A stretch of DNA of 64,000 nucleotides from Longimicrobiales bacterium. GTDB lineage: Bacteria > Gemmatimonadota > Gemmatimonadetes > Longimicrobiales > Gaopeijiaceae. The notes below the pieces were generated by a model. The model did no database searches. It saw nothing but the letters and a program-made list of their open reading frames with translations, and was not told where the DNA came from. A program made the translations under genes and the position numbers. The DNA is taken from positions 1,216,001 to 1,280,000 of the forward strand of contig CBDBCF010000001.1 in assembly GCA_965202985.1 (NCBI GenBank). Direction: 5' to 3'. Below, in pieces: positions 40,175 to 49,825 of this stretch. Every line of letters starts with the position of its first letter. Position 1 is the first letter of the stretch.

Positions 40175-41836
40175 CTAGGGCAGCGGGGGGCGTCTCGCGT
40201 GCCAGTCCGTTTCCCGCTGGAAGGCGTGAGCCGCGGCCAGGAGCTTGGCGTCGGCGAACAGCGCGCCGATCAGGGTCGTGGTCAGCGGCATCTCCGTGGG
40301 ACTCTCGTCGTCGGGGTTGCGAACACCGAAGCCGTAAGGCACGACGACGGCCGGATGGCCCGTCTGGTTCGTCAGCCTCACCAGCCCCGACCCGCTCGCG
40401 AACATGTCGAAACCCTCCATGGCTTCGCCCATCCGCTTCATGAGAATGTGACGCCGACGCTGGGACTGCACGAAATCCAACGCCTGCACGTTCCGGCCGC
40501 CGCGAAATCGGCCCCGGCGGCGGCGCTGGGCATCGTCCAGGTCCTGAGGCAGCGGCTCGGGCTCGCCGTCCTTGGCCACGTGAAAGTCGAACGCGGCGGC
40601 GGATTCGACGGTCAGCGCGTTGGAGCCGCCCTCGGGGATCTCGGGCATGGGGCGAAGCTCGGCCCCCATCGACCGCAACTGATCCAGGAACGACTCGGGA
40701 GCGTCCTCCGCGTAGCCGATGCGCAGGTCCGCCAGCCCGTGCGCCGGGTCGAAGTGGAACGGCGCGGTCAGCGACGCCGGGTCCTTCTCGTCGGCGCCGT
40801 GGATTGCGTCGAAGACCAGGGCGCAGTCCAGGGCGCTTCGGCACATCGGTCCCACCTTGTCCATGCTCCACGCCAGCACCATGCCGCCGTGGCGGCTGAC
40901 GCGCCCGAAGGTGGGGCGGAGCGCCGTGAGCCCGCACCGGCGCGAGGGCGAAACAATGGAGCCTTGGGTCTCCGTGCCGATGGCGAACGCCACGCACCCC
41001 GCCGCCGTGGCCGAGCCCGGCCCGGCCGAGGAGCCGCTGGACCCTTCGTCCAGGTTCCACGGGTTCAAGGTGCGCCCCCGGTACCAGCGGTCGCCCCGGG
41101 CGAACTCGCCGGTCGCCAGCTTGGCCACGAGCACGGCGCCCGCGTTGCGCAGCCGAACCGCCACCTCCGAGTCCCGGCGGGTGAACTGCGTTCGGAAGTC
41201 GTCGGCACCCCACGTGGTGCGCGTCCCGGACACCGCGAAGAGGTCCTTGAGGCCGTACGGAACGCCATGCAGGGGACCGCGCCACCGCCCGTCGCGGATC
41301 TCGGCGCCGGCTTGACGGGCTTCTTCCCGGGCGCGGCCTTCCAGGATCGTCACGGCGCACAGCAGCACCGGGTCCAGTCGCTTGAGCCGATTCAGGTAGA
41401 CCTCGGTCAGCTCCTCGGGGGAGACGTGCCGGTCGCGCAGCAAGGCAGCCAGCCGATGGACGGGCAGAAAGGCCAGCTCCTCTTCCGACGAGGGCGCGGG
41501 GCCCGTCCACCGTGCGATCTCGATCTCGGCGCGATCGAAGGGCCGCCCGTCCGTTTCGCGCCAGAACCGCTCCATGAGCGCGCCGGTGCCGCCCGGATAC
41601 GCCTGGAACTGGAACGCCGGCGGCTCTGCGTTGCCCAGCGGGATCGGGACGTCTTGGAGCGTCGGGACGGACGGGACGGCGCCGGCGGACGCGGAATCGT
41701 CCAACGGAGAGGTCGGCTTCAGGGCTGCGTCGGGCTCCGCGGCAGCGCTGGGCTCAAGGGCGGCGCCGGTCCCCAGCGCGCCCGCGGCCGCTGCCGTCGC
41801 GGTGGTCTTGAGAAATCGCCGCCGTTCCAGAGTCAT
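40175..41836 (-). CDS. Amidase signature family protein with Tat signal
   Basis: RRRFLK, PYGLKD, SGSSAG, GTETQGSI. Confidence 0.9.
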   Translation of the reverse strand: MTLERRRFLKTTATAAAAGALGTGAALEPSAAAEPDAALKPTSPLDDSASAGAVPSVPTLQDVPIPLGNAEPPAFQFQAYPGGTGALMERFWRETDGRPFDRAEIEIARWTGPAPSSEEELAFLPVHRLAALLRDRHVSPEELTEVYLNRLKRLDPVLLCAVTILEGRAREEARQAGAEIRDGRWRGPLHGVPYGLKDLFAVSGTRTTWGADDFRTQFTRRDSEVAVRLRNAGAVLVAKLATGEFARGDRWYRGRTLNPWNLDEGSSGSSAGPGSATAAGCVAFAIGTETQGSIVSPSRRCGLTALRPTFGRVSRHGGMVLAWSMDKVGPMCRSALDCALVFDAIHGADEKDPASLTAPFHFDPAHGLADLRIGYAEDAPESFLDQLRSMGAELRPMPEIPEGGSNALTVESAAAFDFHVAKDGEPEPLPQDLDDAQRRRRGRFRGGRNVQALDFVQSQRRRHILMKRMGEAMEGFDMFASGSGLVRLTNQTGHPAVVVPYGFGVRNPDDESPTEMPLTTTLIGALFADAKLLAAAHAFQRETDWHARRPPLP

Positions 41837-41841
41837 GGTTC

Positions 41842-42120
41842 CTATCCTCCCGTGACCGCCTGCATGAACAGTACCTTGTCTCCATCCTTCACCGCCGGGT
41901 CCCGTCCGTCCAGCCAGCGCGTGTTCGTGCCGTTGTGGAAGCAGAGGACGTGAGGCCGCAAGTCGCCCGATTCGTCGAAGAGGTGCGGCTTCAACCGGGG
42001 CTCTTGCGCCAGCAGGTCCGCGAAGACTTCCCGCAACGTTTCCCCCGACGCCGACAGTTCCCGCGCCCCGCCCGCCACGGACTCCAGCAGCGAAGGCAGC
42101 GCAACTTGCACGCGCGCCAT
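41842..42120 (-). CDS. MoaD/ThiS-family ubiquitin-like protein
   Basis: 92 aa, DGDKV...AVTGG C-terminal diglycine. Confidence 0.9.
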   Translation of the reverse strand: MARVQVALPSLLESVAGGARELSASGETLREVFADLLAQEPRLKPHLFDESGDLRPHVLCFHNGTNTRWLDGRDPAVKDGDKVLFMQAVTGG

Positions 42121-42172
42121 CAGAGGACCGCCCCGACCAGCCGCCGCGCCCCCGGAAGCGTGGCCGTCGACG

Positions 42173-43261
42173 TCACTCCGCCCATGCCGACACGTGAAGG
42201 ATGCGGGGAAGCGCGACGGGGAGGTTCGTCCAGCTCTCTCCCAGGTCGCGACTGACGTGAACGCTGCCGGACGTGGTGCCGAAGTAGACGCCCGCCGGTT
42301 CGAGGGAGTCCACGGCCATGGCGCCGCGCAGCACGGTGCCGTAGGCGTGGTGGTCGGGCAGCCCTCGCGAGGCGGGCCGCCAGGAGTCGCCGCCGTCGGT
42401 GCTGCGGAAGACTTGAAGGACGCCTCCGGCGGGGACTCGGTGCTCGTCGCTCTCCTGGGGCGCCGCGAAGAGGGCCTTGCCGCCGTCGTCGACCGCGATG
42501 GGGAAGCCGAAGCCCGAGGGCAGGCCGTCCTCGTTCCGCTCCCAGCTGTCGCCCCCGTCCAAGGTCCGGTACATGCCCGAATGGTCCTGGCGGTAGATGC
42601 GGTTCGGGTCCGCCGGGTCCTGGGCCAGCCCGTGCACGCATCGGCCGATCTCCTTGTGCTTCTTGTCCTCCAGGACCGTGGTCACGCCCCGGTTCTTCGG
42701 AATCCACGTGGCGCCGCCGTCGTCGGTGCGGAAAACGCCCACCGCCGAAATGCCGCACCACATTCGCTTGGGGTCGGAGGCGCTGAAGAGCACGGCGTGG
42801 CAGCACAGGCCGCCGGCGCCGGGCAGCCAGCCCTCCCGCGTCTCGTGTTCGTTGAGCCCGGAGACCGGTTCCCAGGACCGCCCTCCGTCGTCGCTGCGGA
42901 ACAGGCCGGCGTCCTGCACTCCGGCGTAGAGGACGCCCCGGTTCTCCGCCAGCGTCCACACCTGACGCAACCGACGCTCGCCGCCGTCCGGGTAGGAAGG
43001 GCCGCGCGGGACCTGCTCCCACGCTTGCGCATCCGGCGCGTCCGCGTCCAGGGAACCGTCCGCGCCCTTCGACAGGTGAAGCGCCGGGCCGTACACGTGG
43101 CTGGCCGTCGCCGCCATGAAGCGCCCGTCGGCCAGTCGGAGGCCCGCCGTCACCTTCCAACCCTTGAAGAACGGCCCCGACACCTCCCAGCGCCGCCGAT
43201 CCGGGCTGCTGCGCATCCAGAAGCCGCCCTTCTCCGTGCCCACCAAGACCCGCACGCCCAT
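42173..43261 (-). CDS. BNR/Asp-box beta-propeller (sialidase-like) protein
   Basis: Repeated SxDGGxSW/TW Asp boxes; no signal peptide. Confidence 0.88.
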   Translation of the reverse strand: MGVRVLVGTEKGGFWMRSSPDRRRWEVSGPFFKGWKVTAGLRLADGRFMAATASHVYGPALHLSKGADGSLDADAPDAQAWEQVPRGPSYPDGGERRLRQVWTLAENRGVLYAGVQDAGLFRSDDGGRSWEPVSGLNEHETREGWLPGAGGLCCHAVLFSASDPKRMWCGISAVGVFRTDDGGATWIPKNRGVTTVLEDKKHKEIGRCVHGLAQDPADPNRIYRQDHSGMYRTLDGGDSWERNEDGLPSGFGFPIAVDDGGKALFAAPQESDEHRVPAGGVLQVFRSTDGGDSWRPASRGLPDHHAYGTVLRGAMAVDSLEPAGVYFGTTSGSVHVSRDLGESWTNLPVALPRILHVSAWAE

Positions 43262-43367
43262 TTCACCGCCCCCCGTTCTCGTGTTGCGCGACCGCGCAGC
43301 CGCGAATCCGACGCCCTCACTCCGCGACCGCGCCCCTGCGCCCTCGCCAACCGCCGGAAAGATACGC

Positions 43368-44546
43368 CTACCGCGACGCCTGCTCCATGGTCCGCCGAAT
43401 GGCCGAGCAGGCCTTGACGATCTGCTCCTCCGTAATCGTCGGGTGAACCAGGAAGACCAGGCTCGTCTCGCCCAGCTTGCGGGCGTTGGGCAGGCGCACG
43501 GCCGGCTGCCAGTCGGTGTCGTCGAACGCCTCCTCTTGGTAGACCTCTGGGCAGATCCCCTCGTGGTAGCAGGGCACCCCTTGTGCGCAGACGGCGGCGA
43601 CGATGCGGTTCCGGTCCCAGCCCGGCGCCAGCCGTTCCGGTCGGACAAAGGCGTAGAAGCGGTACCAGGCGTGGCGAAGATGGCGCGGGACCGGCGGCAC
43701 ACGCAGCGCGGTGAAGGCCCGGCACGCGCGGGCGATGGCCAGGGCGTTGCGGCGGCGAGCGGCGGTCCAGGCATTGATTCGCCCGAGCTGGACGCGGCCA
43801 ATCGCGGCCTGCATCTCGGTCATGCGCGCATTGGTGCCGAACGACTCGTGGACCCAGCGGAACCCCGGCGGGTGTTCGCGTTCGTAGACGGCGTTCCAGG
43901 ACTTGCCGTGGTCCTTGTACGACCAAGCCGCCTCCCAGATCGCGGGGTCGTCGGTGGTGACCATGCCGCCTTCGCCGCCGGTCGTCATGATCTTGTCCTG
44001 GCAGAACGACCACGCCCCCACATGGCCCAGCCCGCCCACGCTCCGCCCCTTGTACCGGGCGCCGTGGGCCTGCGCGCAGTCCTCCACGACGGCGAATCCG
44101 CGCTCCTTGGCCAACGCCAGTATCGGGTCCATCTCGCAGGGCCGCCCGGCAAGGTGCACGCAGATCACGGCCCGCGTCCGGGGCGTGAGGACGGCCTCGA
44201 TCGTCTTGGCGGTCACGTTCTGCGAGTCCCGGTCCACGTCAGCGAAGACCGGCCGCGCCCCAGCGGCCACGACCGCACTGGCCGACGCCACGAAGGTCCT
44301 AGGCGTCACCACCACGTCGGCCCCCGGCCCCACCCCCGTCGCGCGCAGCGCCGCGTCCAGAGCCACGGTGCCGTTGGCCACCGCCACGGCATGACGGGTC
44401 TCGGCGAACGCGGCGAACTCCTTCTCGAAGGCGCGGCCCTCGCCGCCGGTCCAGTAGTTTGTTCGGTTGGACGACAGGACGCGCTTCACGGCCGCCGCCT
44501 CTTCCCTGGTGTGCGACGGCCAAGGAGCGAAAGGCGTGTTCAGCAT
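43368..44546 (-). CDS. DegT/DnrJ/EryC1/StrS aminotransferase
   Basis: NGTVAL, EDCAQAHGA, SFCQDKIMTTGGEGG. Confidence 0.93.
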   Translation of the reverse strand: MLNTPFAPWPSHTREEAAAVKRVLSSNRTNYWTGGEGRAFEKEFAAFAETRHAVAVANGTVALDAALRATGVGPGADVVVTPRTFVASASAVVAAGARPVFADVDRDSQNVTAKTIEAVLTPRTRAVICVHLAGRPCEMDPILALAKERGFAVVEDCAQAHGARYKGRSVGGLGHVGAWSFCQDKIMTTGGEGGMVTTDDPAIWEAAWSYKDHGKSWNAVYEREHPPGFRWVHESFGTNARMTEMQAAIGRVQLGRINAWTAARRRNALAIARACRAFTALRVPPVPRHLRHAWYRFYAFVRPERLAPGWDRNRIVAAVCAQGVPCYHEGICPEVYQEEAFDDTDWQPAVRLPNARKLGETSLVFLVHPTITEEQIVKACSAIRRTMEQASR

Positions 44547-44563
44547 CGGTGGAGAACCGCTCC

Positions 44564-45235
44564 TTGAACGACAACGGACCTGCGCTGGACGACGGACCTG
44601 CGCCGGACAGCGGACTTGCGCCCGACAGCCAACCCGCGCCCGACGGCCAGCCCGCGCCCGACGACCGCGCCGTGATCCTCTTCGACGGCGCCTGCAACTT
44701 GTGCAACGCCATGGTCCGCTGGGCCGGGCCGCGGGACCCGAACGGTCGGTTCCGCTTCGCGCAGCTCCAGTCCGACGAGGCCGCTCGGCTGCTTGCGCGG
44801 GCCGGCGCGACGGCAGGCGATTCTGCCTGGGCACGGGGCAGCGCCGCGAGCAACTGCGCCGATCCCGGGACCGTCCACGCGTTCCAAGGGTTGGGTGCGG
44901 GTTCCATTGCCCTCGTTCAGGGCCGCAAGGTCCACTTCCGGTCGGGCGCCGTTCTGCGCATTGCACTGCGCCTCAAGTTCCCCTATCCGTTGCTGGCCGC
45001 CGGCCTCTTGGCGCCCCGCCCACTCCGCGACGCCGCCTACGACTGGGTCGCCCGCAACCGCTACAAGTGGTTCGGCCGGGCCGCGGCCTGCCCCCTTCCG
45101 ACGACTCCGCAGGCGCAATCGGGCGCCGGCCCAGCCACGAACGCCAGCGCGGGGCCGACCGACGGCGCGCGACCGACCGACGGGCCGCCGGAGCCCCCGA
45201 ACCAGGGCGACTCCGGCGGCCGGCTCCGCGACTAG
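44564..45235 (+). CDS. DCC1-like (DUF393) thiol-disulfide oxidoreductase; start uncertain
   Basis: ILFDGACNLC, RFAQLQS, YDWVARNRYKWFG. Confidence 0.85.
   Translation: MNDNGPALDDGPAPDSGLAPDSQPAPDGQPAPDDRAVILFDGACNLCNAMVRWAGPRDPNGRFRFAQLQSDEAARLLARAGATAGDSAWARGSAASNCADPGTVHAFQGLGAGSIALVQGRKVHFRSGAVLRIALRLKFPYPLLAAGLLAPRPLRDAAYDWVARNRYKWFGRAAACPLPTTPQAQSGAGPATNASAGPTDGARPTDGPPEPPNQGDSGGRLRD
44570..44659 (+). repeat. Five degenerate 18-nt in-frame tandem repeats
   Basis: GACAACGGACCTGCGCTG-type units encoding DNGPAL DDGPAP DSGLAP DSQPAP DGQPAP. Confidence 0.85.
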
Positions 45236-46569
45236 GACTGGTTGCAGTACGCGTTCCCCTGCACGTTGGAGTTCGCGCTGCACTCGGCTTGGCTGGGCGG
45301 GAAGCAGCTGTGGCGGCCCTGCATGAACGCCACCGCCCACGGGCTGGTCCCTTCCGCCGAGAAGCGGGCGTTGTCCTTCAGCCTGCGCGCCTCCAGCCAC
45401 AGCTCGAAGTTCCGCTCCCTGTCCAGGGCCAGCCACGCCTCCGAGTCGGTGGAGGCGGACACGAGCGGCACGCCCACCCGCTCCCGCACGTAGTTGATCT
45501 TGTCCACGGCGCCGTCCCGGTCGCCTTGCCGCAACAAGACCTCGGCCTCGATCAGGCGCATCTCGTGACCTTTGGCCAAGGGGATGTCGTCGCCCTTCGT
45601 CAGGTACTTGAGCTGGCGGTAGAAGGGCTTGACGCCGCCGCCCGAGGTCTGGTTCATGTCGCGCCACGGCACGCGCGGGTCGGCGTCAGGGCCGATGCTG
45701 TCGTTGTACATGCTCCAGACCGTGATCTGCTTCTGGTTCTCGTTGGTGAACTGCCAGATCGAGTTCTCTTCGCGGCCGCTGTTCGCCGACCGACGCGCCA
45801 CCCACACGAAGTCGTCGGGCACTTGGGCCGCTTCCGACATGGCCTGCGAGTAGTTGCCCAGCATCAAGTGGGCTTGGGCCATTCCCGCGGTGGAGGCCGT
45901 CACGATTGAGTCCAAGCCCGCGCCTGACGCGCGCGTCCGCGCCGTCTCGAACCGCTCCAGAGCCCTGGCGTAGTGTTCGTTCACTTCGCCTGCCGCCCCG
46001 GGGTCGGGGTTGCCGTCGCCGTCCGCGTCTTCGCCGCCGAACACGGCGATGCATGCGTTGTCACCCAGGATTCGGTTGGCCCAGCCGGCCCACATGTAGG
46101 CCGCGGTGACCCATTGGTTGGTCGCGGCGTCGCTCTGGCTCTCGCCCAGCCGCGCAATGCCGGCCGCGGCGCCCCAGCGCGCCAGCTGCATGGGGTGCCA
46201 GCTGTTGTTCGCGTTGGTGACCGTCAGCCGCCCTTCGCCGGCGTCCTGAAGCCAGGGCTGCGTGGCGTCCGCATCCAAGTCGGTCGAAGCCGGTCCGCCC
46301 AGCCACGCCATGGCGTCCAGAGCCACTTCCACGTCCGCGGCCACGCCGATCAGCACCGTCTTGCCGGCCGACTCCTCGTTCAGCGCCGAGTCGATGATCG
46401 GCCCCGGGTTCACCACGTCGAAGAGGTCGCACGCGGAGACGAGCAGCACAGCCAGTCCGGCGCTCGCCAAGCGTGCGGGCAGAGTCCGGCGCGTCTGCCG
46501 AGTCCGGCGGGCCTGTGCGATCCGGCGCGCGCGGTCCAGGAGCGTGCTTCCGTTGTTGGCGTTTCTCAT
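45232..46569 (-). CDS. SusD/RagB-like lipoprotein
   Basis: Lipobox VSAC, EMRLIEAE, ERNFELWLEARRLKD; downstream of the SusC-like gene. Confidence 0.88.
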   Translation of the reverse strand: MRNANNGSTLLDRARRIAQARRTRQTRRTLPARLASAGLAVLLVSACDLFDVVNPGPIIDSALNEESAGKTVLIGVAADVEVALDAMAWLGGPASTDLDADATQPWLQDAGEGRLTVTNANNSWHPMQLARWGAAAGIARLGESQSDAATNQWVTAAYMWAGWANRILGDNACIAVFGGEDADGDGNPDPGAAGEVNEHYARALERFETARTRASGAGLDSIVTASTAGMAQAHLMLGNYSQAMSEAAQVPDDFVWVARRSANSGREENSIWQFTNENQKQITVWSMYNDSIGPDADPRVPWRDMNQTSGGGVKPFYRQLKYLTKGDDIPLAKGHEMRLIEAEVLLRQGDRDGAVDKINYVRERVGVPLVSASTDSEAWLALDRERNFELWLEARRLKDNARFSAEGTSPWAVAFMQGRHSCFPPSQAECSANSNVQGNAYCNQS

Positions 46570-46594
46570 GCGTTGATCTCCTTTCTGCGCCGAG

Positions 46595-49500
46595 CTAGAA
46601 GTTGGCCCGAAGGCTCAGGGAGAACATGACGGGCGCCGGCAGCTGGTAGTACTCGTACCGGGCCGGGAAGGTGCCCACGCCGCCGCCGTAGCCCACGGTC
46701 AGCTCGGGGTCGATCCCCGCGCCGTTGGACCACTTGTACGGGTTCTGCAGGGTCGCCGTCAGCGTGGTGCCCGTGGCCCCCGGGATCAGGTTGTCGGGTA
46801 CCAGCAGCGACGCCGATATGGTGCGGATCTTGAAGAAGTTCGACGGCCGCATCCAGAAGTCGAAGTTGGGCGTCGGCAGCTGGCACCGGGCCCTCCAAAT
46901 CGCCGTCGCCGCACCCCACGCCGCCGCGTCGTCGGGGTCGTCCAGTCCGCGGTCGTTGCACTCGGGCCACAGCCCGCGCCGCACCTGCTGCCAGGGCATG
47001 ATGTTGAACTGGTACTGGCCCCCGTGGTACTCGCCCAAAGCGTAGATCGTGAGACGCTTGAACAGGTTGAGCGACATCGTGCCGCTGAGCACGTGCGTCG
47101 GGTAGACGGGACCGTAGTAGTGGTCGTTCTCGACGACCGGATCGGCCACCTCGTTCGGGTTTGACACGCTCTCGCCCCAGAGCGACACGATCGGGTACCC
47201 GACTCGCACCCACTGGCCCAGCAGCGACCCCCATCCCAGGAAGAACTCGGGGGCGCCGCCCAAGTCCAGCACTTCGCTGGACACGGTGGACACGCGGCCG
47301 GTGATCTCCCAGCGCACGTTCTCCAGCGCCACGGGCACGCCCGTCAACGACATCTCCAACCCCGTGTTCTTGAACTCGCCCACGTTCTTGAGCTGCGAGT
47401 TCAGGAAGCCGTCGGACGGAGGCGCGGTCACGGGCATCAGCGCGTCGCTGGTGACGCTGTTGTACCAGCTGAAGTCGAAGCCGATGCGGTCGTCGAGCAT
47501 CCCGCCCTCGAAGCCCAACTCCAGCTCGGTGGAGCGCTCGGGCCCCAGGTCCGGGTTGCCCAAGTTGGCCGGCGTCACGCCCGCTTGGCCTTCGTAGCCC
47601 GCTACGGGTGTCCACGTTCGCACGGCGTCGAAGGCTCCGGGCGCCTTGCCGGACTGGCCCCACGCCGCTCGCAGCTTCATCGTCGGCCACCAGTCGCCGG
47701 GCCAGAAGTCCATGTCGGAGATCACGTAGGACGCGCTCACCTTCGGATACACCTGCAACCCCAGGTCCTCGCCGAAGGCGCTGTTGCCGTCCACGCGCAC
47801 GCCGCCGGTCAGGAACAGGTTGTCGTTGATCCCCACCACTTCCTGCGCGAAGAAGCCCGCGTTGACCACGCGCAACAGGTCTTCGCTGGACTGCGTGGCC
47901 GCGCCCGAGGACAAGGTCTTGTCGCCGGGGCCGCCGAAGTCTTCCGAGATGCCGTAGACGGTGTGGTCCCAGTCGCTGAAGATCTGGCCGCCCAGCGACA
48001 GCGACGACGTGATGTTGTCGGCGAAGTCGGCGTCCCAGGTGGAGCCCAGATCGAAGGTGATCGTCCGGTGCTCCCATTCGTTAAGGTTGCGTTCGCCCTT
48101 GGGCTTGAGCACGTGGTCGAAGGGGAAGTTGCGCTGGTTGAACGCCGTAGTGTAGTCCAGCCCGATCGTGAGGCGCGTGGTGAGGCCCAGTCCCTCGGCC
48201 GAATGGATGGTGGTGAGGCCGCCCACGAAGTGCTCGACTCGACCGCTGTTGGTGATGTCGAACAGGATCTGGTCGGGGTCGCCCTGGTAGTTGTCCCTGT
48301 CCACGGCGGCGTTGGTGTAGTCCTGCGTGCCGCGGAGCACGTTGAGCATGAAGCCCGTGGCGTTGTCGCCCATCTCCATGTAGTTCGTGTTCTTGTGGCT
48401 GTACGACGTGTTCAGGCTGACGTTGAGCGACGGCGCCGGCTGGAGCCCGAAGTTGCCCCGGACGCCGTACGAGCGCTGGTCGTTGTTGTCCACGACGCCG
48501 TCGTCGTACCCCACGGCTCCGGACAGGTAGTAGCTGACGGTGTTGGTGCCGCCCGAGACCGACAGCTTGGCCTCGCCCAGGGGCGCGTTGGAGTACCACG
48601 GCTTGGTGAAGCCCCAATCCGCCGTCTTGCCCAAGATCGGGCCCATGGAGTTGCCGGTCATGAAGCGCGCGCCGCCGGTGAACTCGGCCGTCCACGCGGC
48701 GCGCTGTCCGGCGCGGCCCTTCTTGGTGAAGATCTGGATCACGCCGCCCGCGGCCTCGGTGCCGTACAACGTGGTTGCGGCGGCGCCGCGCACGATCTGC
48801 ACATCCTCGATGTTGTACGGATCGATCAAGTCGAGCGGATTGGGCGACGTTTGTGCGCCGGCGGGCCCCGGGTTGATGCTCTGCCGGTTGTTGTACACGC
48901 CCTGGTTGTTGTTCATGCGCACGCCGTCCACGTAGATGAGCGGCTGCACGTCCTGGCTGATGCTGTTGACGCCGCGGAGCATGATCTTGGAGCCGCCGCC
49001 GACCTGGCCCTCGTTCCGCCACTGCTGGATGCCCGTGGTCTGGCCGTTGAGGATCTCGGTCAGCGACTGCGACGGCGTGTTCTCGAGCGACGCGGCGTCG
49101 ACGCTGGCCACGCTGTTGCCGATCTCGCGACGCGACGCGGCCCCCGGCGCCCCGGTGACCACGATCTCGTCGAGCTCGAGCGCCGTTTCGCTCATGCGGA
49201 ACTCGACGAAGGCGGCCTGGCCCGCCGACACCTGCACGGTCTGGGTTTCGGTGCCGTAGCCGATGCGCTGGGCCGACACCTCGTGGACGCCGGCCGGCAC
49301 CTCCAGGATCAGGAAGCGCCCGTCCTGCGAAGCGATCCCGCCCAGCCCCGTTTCGCCCACGGAGATCTGCGCGACGGCGATCGGCGTGTTGTTGGCGGCG
49401 TTCAAGACCCTGCCCGTGATCCTGCCGTTCTGCGCCGAGAGGGCGGCCGGCACAAGGACCGCGACGGCAAGCAGGGCGGCCGCGGCCAGTGCGGGCACGT

Positions 49501-49612
49501 TGGCGATAGCGACGCGCGCCGATGCGGTTCGGATCGGGGCGCTTGCGAGCGTGGCGAGTCGGCCGGACCGGGGTGGGCCGGCGGTCGCGCCGTGGTGGGT
49601 TCCCACGTTCAT
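46595..49612 (-). CDS. SusC/RagA-like TonB-dependent transporter
   Basis: LDEIVVTG, PLIYVDGVR, AATTLYGTEAAGGVIQIFTK, GNPDLGPE, C-terminal Phe. Confidence 0.93.
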   Translation of the reverse strand: MNVGTHHGATAGPPRSGRLATLASAPIRTASARVAIANVPALAAAALLAVAVLVPAALSAQNGRITGRVLNAANNTPIAVAQISVGETGLGGIASQDGRFLILEVPAGVHEVSAQRIGYGTETQTVQVSAGQAAFVEFRMSETALELDEIVVTGAPGAASRREIGNSVASVDAASLENTPSQSLTEILNGQTTGIQQWRNEGQVGGGSKIMLRGVNSISQDVQPLIYVDGVRMNNNQGVYNNRQSINPGPAGAQTSPNPLDLIDPYNIEDVQIVRGAAATTLYGTEAAGGVIQIFTKKGRAGQRAAWTAEFTGGARFMTGNSMGPILGKTADWGFTKPWYSNAPLGEAKLSVSGGTNTVSYYLSGAVGYDDGVVDNNDQRSYGVRGNFGLQPAPSLNVSLNTSYSHKNTNYMEMGDNATGFMLNVLRGTQDYTNAAVDRDNYQGDPDQILFDITNSGRVEHFVGGLTTIHSAEGLGLTTRLTIGLDYTTAFNQRNFPFDHVLKPKGERNLNEWEHRTITFDLGSTWDADFADNITSSLSLGGQIFSDWDHTVYGISEDFGGPGDKTLSSGAATQSSEDLLRVVNAGFFAQEVVGINDNLFLTGGVRVDGNSAFGEDLGLQVYPKVSASYVISDMDFWPGDWWPTMKLRAAWGQSGKAPGAFDAVRTWTPVAGYEGQAGVTPANLGNPDLGPERSTELELGFEGGMLDDRIGFDFSWYNSVTSDALMPVTAPPSDGFLNSQLKNVGEFKNTGLEMSLTGVPVALENVRWEITGRVSTVSSEVLDLGGAPEFFLGWGSLLGQWVRVGYPIVSLWGESVSNPNEVADPVVENDHYYGPVYPTHVLSGTMSLNLFKRLTIYALGEYHGGQYQFNIMPWQQVRRGLWPECNDRGLDDPDDAAAWGAATAIWRARCQLPTPNFDFWMRPSNFFKIRTISASLLVPDNLIPGATGTTLTATLQNPYKWSNGAGIDPELTVGYGGGVGTFPARYEYYQLPAPVMFSLSLRANF

Positions 49613-49825
49613 GGAGGACCTCCTGGGTCGGAGCTGCGGTTGTGGGAAGGCGAGCTAAGCGCGTCAGCGTAGGGCGCGGGCGCGGACGGCGCAAGGTCGG
49701 GCGGCGGGGCGCAACGTGGTTCGGTCCGCGTCGGCACGGTCGAAGCGGGGCGCGAAGTTAGCTTGCGGTTGTCCGGAATTCGCATGGCGGCCACGCCGTT
49801 TTTCTGGCAGGAGGGTGAAGAAAAG

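Noticed and set aside
44570..44659. Regularly spaced repeats as a CRISPR array
   Set aside because: Head-to-tail degenerate 18-mers with no spacers and no cas genes.
45232..49612. SusC/SusD pair as a polysaccharide utilisation locus
   Set aside because: No adjacent secreted CAZymes or sensor-regulator; only an orphan pair is supported.
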